NCBI RefSeq assembly: GCF_004011885.1
Contig: NZ_SBEF01000008.1
Location: forward strand, 34,068 to 58,067
Direction of reading: 5' to 3'
Source of the DNA: Serratia microhaemolytica
GTDB lineage: Bacteria > Pseudomonadota > Gammaproteobacteria > Enterobacterales > Enterobacteriaceae
Length of the DNA: 24,000 nt
Shown: positions 22,796 to 24,000 of the stretch, piece after piece
Layout: each line of letters opens with the position of its first letter
Position numbering within the stretch: the first letter of the stretch is position 1
Translations under genes and position numbers: made by a program
Notes under the pieces: generated by a model
Told to the model about the DNA's origin: nothing
Database searches by the model: none
Seen by the model: the letters and a program-made list of their open reading frames with translations, nothing else

Positions 22796-24000
22796 CTACT
22801 CGATGACAACCGGTATGCCAATTTGATTGGCAATCGGCGTATATAAATCAACATCTACACTAGGCGCGCTGATTGAAACAATCAGCGAATACCTTACTCG
22901 CTGATTGTAACGCTCTAGTACTGGTCTTGTTTTCCACCATCCACGAGCAGGATAAATGGCGATAGCTCCCCTGCTAGCCAATTCCGCTGCACTACCCCGC
23001 CAAATATCGGCATGCAGTGAACCTTTATGCCGATTCATTTTTCCAATGATCCAATCCGGATCATTATCGTTTCTGTTTGCACGTTCATCATCGTCTCTAG
23101 CAGCAGCATTTATTCGCGCCCTGAACTGTTCTTCGCTTTCCAAGGGGCGTTTAACATCAAACCGAAGACCATGAGACTCATAACAATAGCGCGAGGTCAC
23201 ACCACGGGCTGATGGATTCGGTTCAATAAAGTATGAAAGTGTTACCCGCATTGCTACTTGGGTATTACCTAAAACTTCAAGCTCATCCAATGGCCATGGC
23301 AGGCGATGCAGATTCATATCCCGTAGCTGAGCATCTTTTCCTGGCTCTCGTTTAAACGGTTGCAGAGTTTCCTCGCAAATCATGGTTAGCGAGTTGCCGG
23401 CGCTCCAAAGAGCCCGCTCAAGATCGGGTTCACCGAAACCACAGTGCCTGACCAAGTGGGTCATTTGAGCTTTGGTAGGTGTTCCTCGGGCAGGCAAAAA
23501 AAGGCTTTTCATCGCTGCTGTCCATTCTGCTGAATGTACGATGAGGCCACGAATACTTTCAGGCCATAGGTCAGGATAGTTAGCCATTAGTTGAGCAGCC
23601 ATTCTTGCGCACAGTGCAGAGGCGGCACTAGTGGCGTTGCTGGTCGTCAATAATCGTTCACTAGGGCTAGCATGGGTGGTTAGCAGGCTTAAACTAGGCA
23701 TCCATGCGGCTCCTAAGCCATCTTTTGCTACATTGCCCCCTTCAAAAACCACATCTGGCTTTAATGGCCAATGAGCTTGCCATGTCTGTGATGTGGTACT
23801 GAACGGACTTAAACCGCCCGCTTCTGCAATGGGGGTGTAATGCCTTGCATCTTCCTGAATGTTAACCAGATCGGTCATCGCGCCTACGGTCAATGCATTC
23901 CAAGCTTGTGCTGGGTCGTGAATACCATCAGAGGAATTACTGTTTGGATATTCCATCCAAGCGTTTGGATCATTGATATTACCTGCAGAAATGACAAAGA
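22796..24000 (-). CDS. S8 (subtilisin-family) serine peptidase, C-terminal ~400 codons; N-terminus outside the window (IetS-like)
   Basis: The frame stays open upstream of the track's Met: hand translation of 24000..23957 gives FVISAGNINDPNAW (oxyanion Asn motif). The catalytic Ser region is TSNATSAASALCARMAAQL. A long C-terminal extension follows. Confidence 0.8.
   Translation of the reverse strand, partial: FVISAGNINDPNAWMEYPNSNSSDGIHDPAQAWNALTVGAMTDLVNIQEDARHYTPIAEAGGLSPFSTTSQTWQAHWPLKPDVVFEGGNVAKDGLGAAWMPSLSLLTTHASPSERLLTTSNATSAASALCARMAAQLMANYPDLWPESIRGLIVHSAEWTAAMKSLFLPARGTPTKAQMTHLVRHCGFGEPDLERALWSAGNSLTMICEETLQPFKREPGKDAQLRDMNLHRLPWPLDELEVLGNTQVAMRVTLSYFIEPNPSARGVTSRYCYESHGLRFDVKRPLESEEQFRARINAAARDDDERANRNDNDPDWIIGKMNRHKGSLHADIWRGSAAELASRGAIAIYPARGWWKTRPVLERYNQRVRYSLIVSISAPSVDVDLYTPIANQIGIPVVIE

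Larger units (their letters stand above)
7494..24000. mobile_element. Integrative conjugative element (SPI-7/PAPI-1/pKLC102/ICEclc-like, GI-type T4SS) inserted at the 3' end of tRNA-Phe; far end outside the window
   Basis: Backbone genes stop at the tRNA. They are followed by an integrase, a TraI_2 relaxase, antirestriction/RadC genes, TraG_N and PFL_4709/4710/4711-family T4SS genes, mosaic GC content, a TA module and extra recombinases. Confidence 0.85.

Noticed and set aside
1-24000. CRISPR arrays, rRNA genes, IS elements with transposases
   Set aside because: No regularly spaced identical repeats, no rRNA-like sequence, and no DDE/HUH transposase-like ORF or terminal inverted repeats were seen on either strand.

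Overview
About 50% GC gammaproteobacterial (enterobacterial or vibrio-like) chromosome segment. Positions 1-7493 are conserved backbone: menH (truncated) and menD on the minus strand, then a gluconate / Entner-Doudoroff locus (gntR and a gntU-like permease on minus, gntK-edd on plus) with recognisable GntR operators and a CRP site, then tRNA-Phe(GAA). Directly 3' of the tRNA an integrative conjugative element (ICE) begins and runs off the window. It looks like the SPI-7 / PAPI-1 / pKLC102 / ICEclc type (GI-type T4SS). In order it carries: a tyrosine integrase; a TraI_2-type relaxase; a co-oriented leading-region-like block (membrane protein, RadC-JAB, ArdB/KlcA antirestriction, unknown 122-aa protein); parDE; a second tyrosine recombinase; about 1 kb of hairpin-rich non-coding DNA; an AT-rich cargo block (TM protein, lipoprotein, serine recombinase with a res-like site); a DUF3742-like protein; T4SS genes (TraG_N, PFL_4711, TraU-like PFL_4710 and PFL_4709 families); and a truncated S8 peptidase (IetS-like). 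No rRNA, CRISPR array or IS transposase was seen. The best leads are non-coding. (1) Two diverged copies of a ~185-nt multi-hairpin element with compensatory base changes bracket the parDE + recombinase module. (2) A short two-helix RNA motif recurs 20-25 nt upstream of three consecutive start codons (unknown ORF, antirestriction, radC). (3) The 1-kb non-coding stretch holds a long hairpin and phased CGTCAT repeats. All protein calls rest on remembered family motifs, not on searches.
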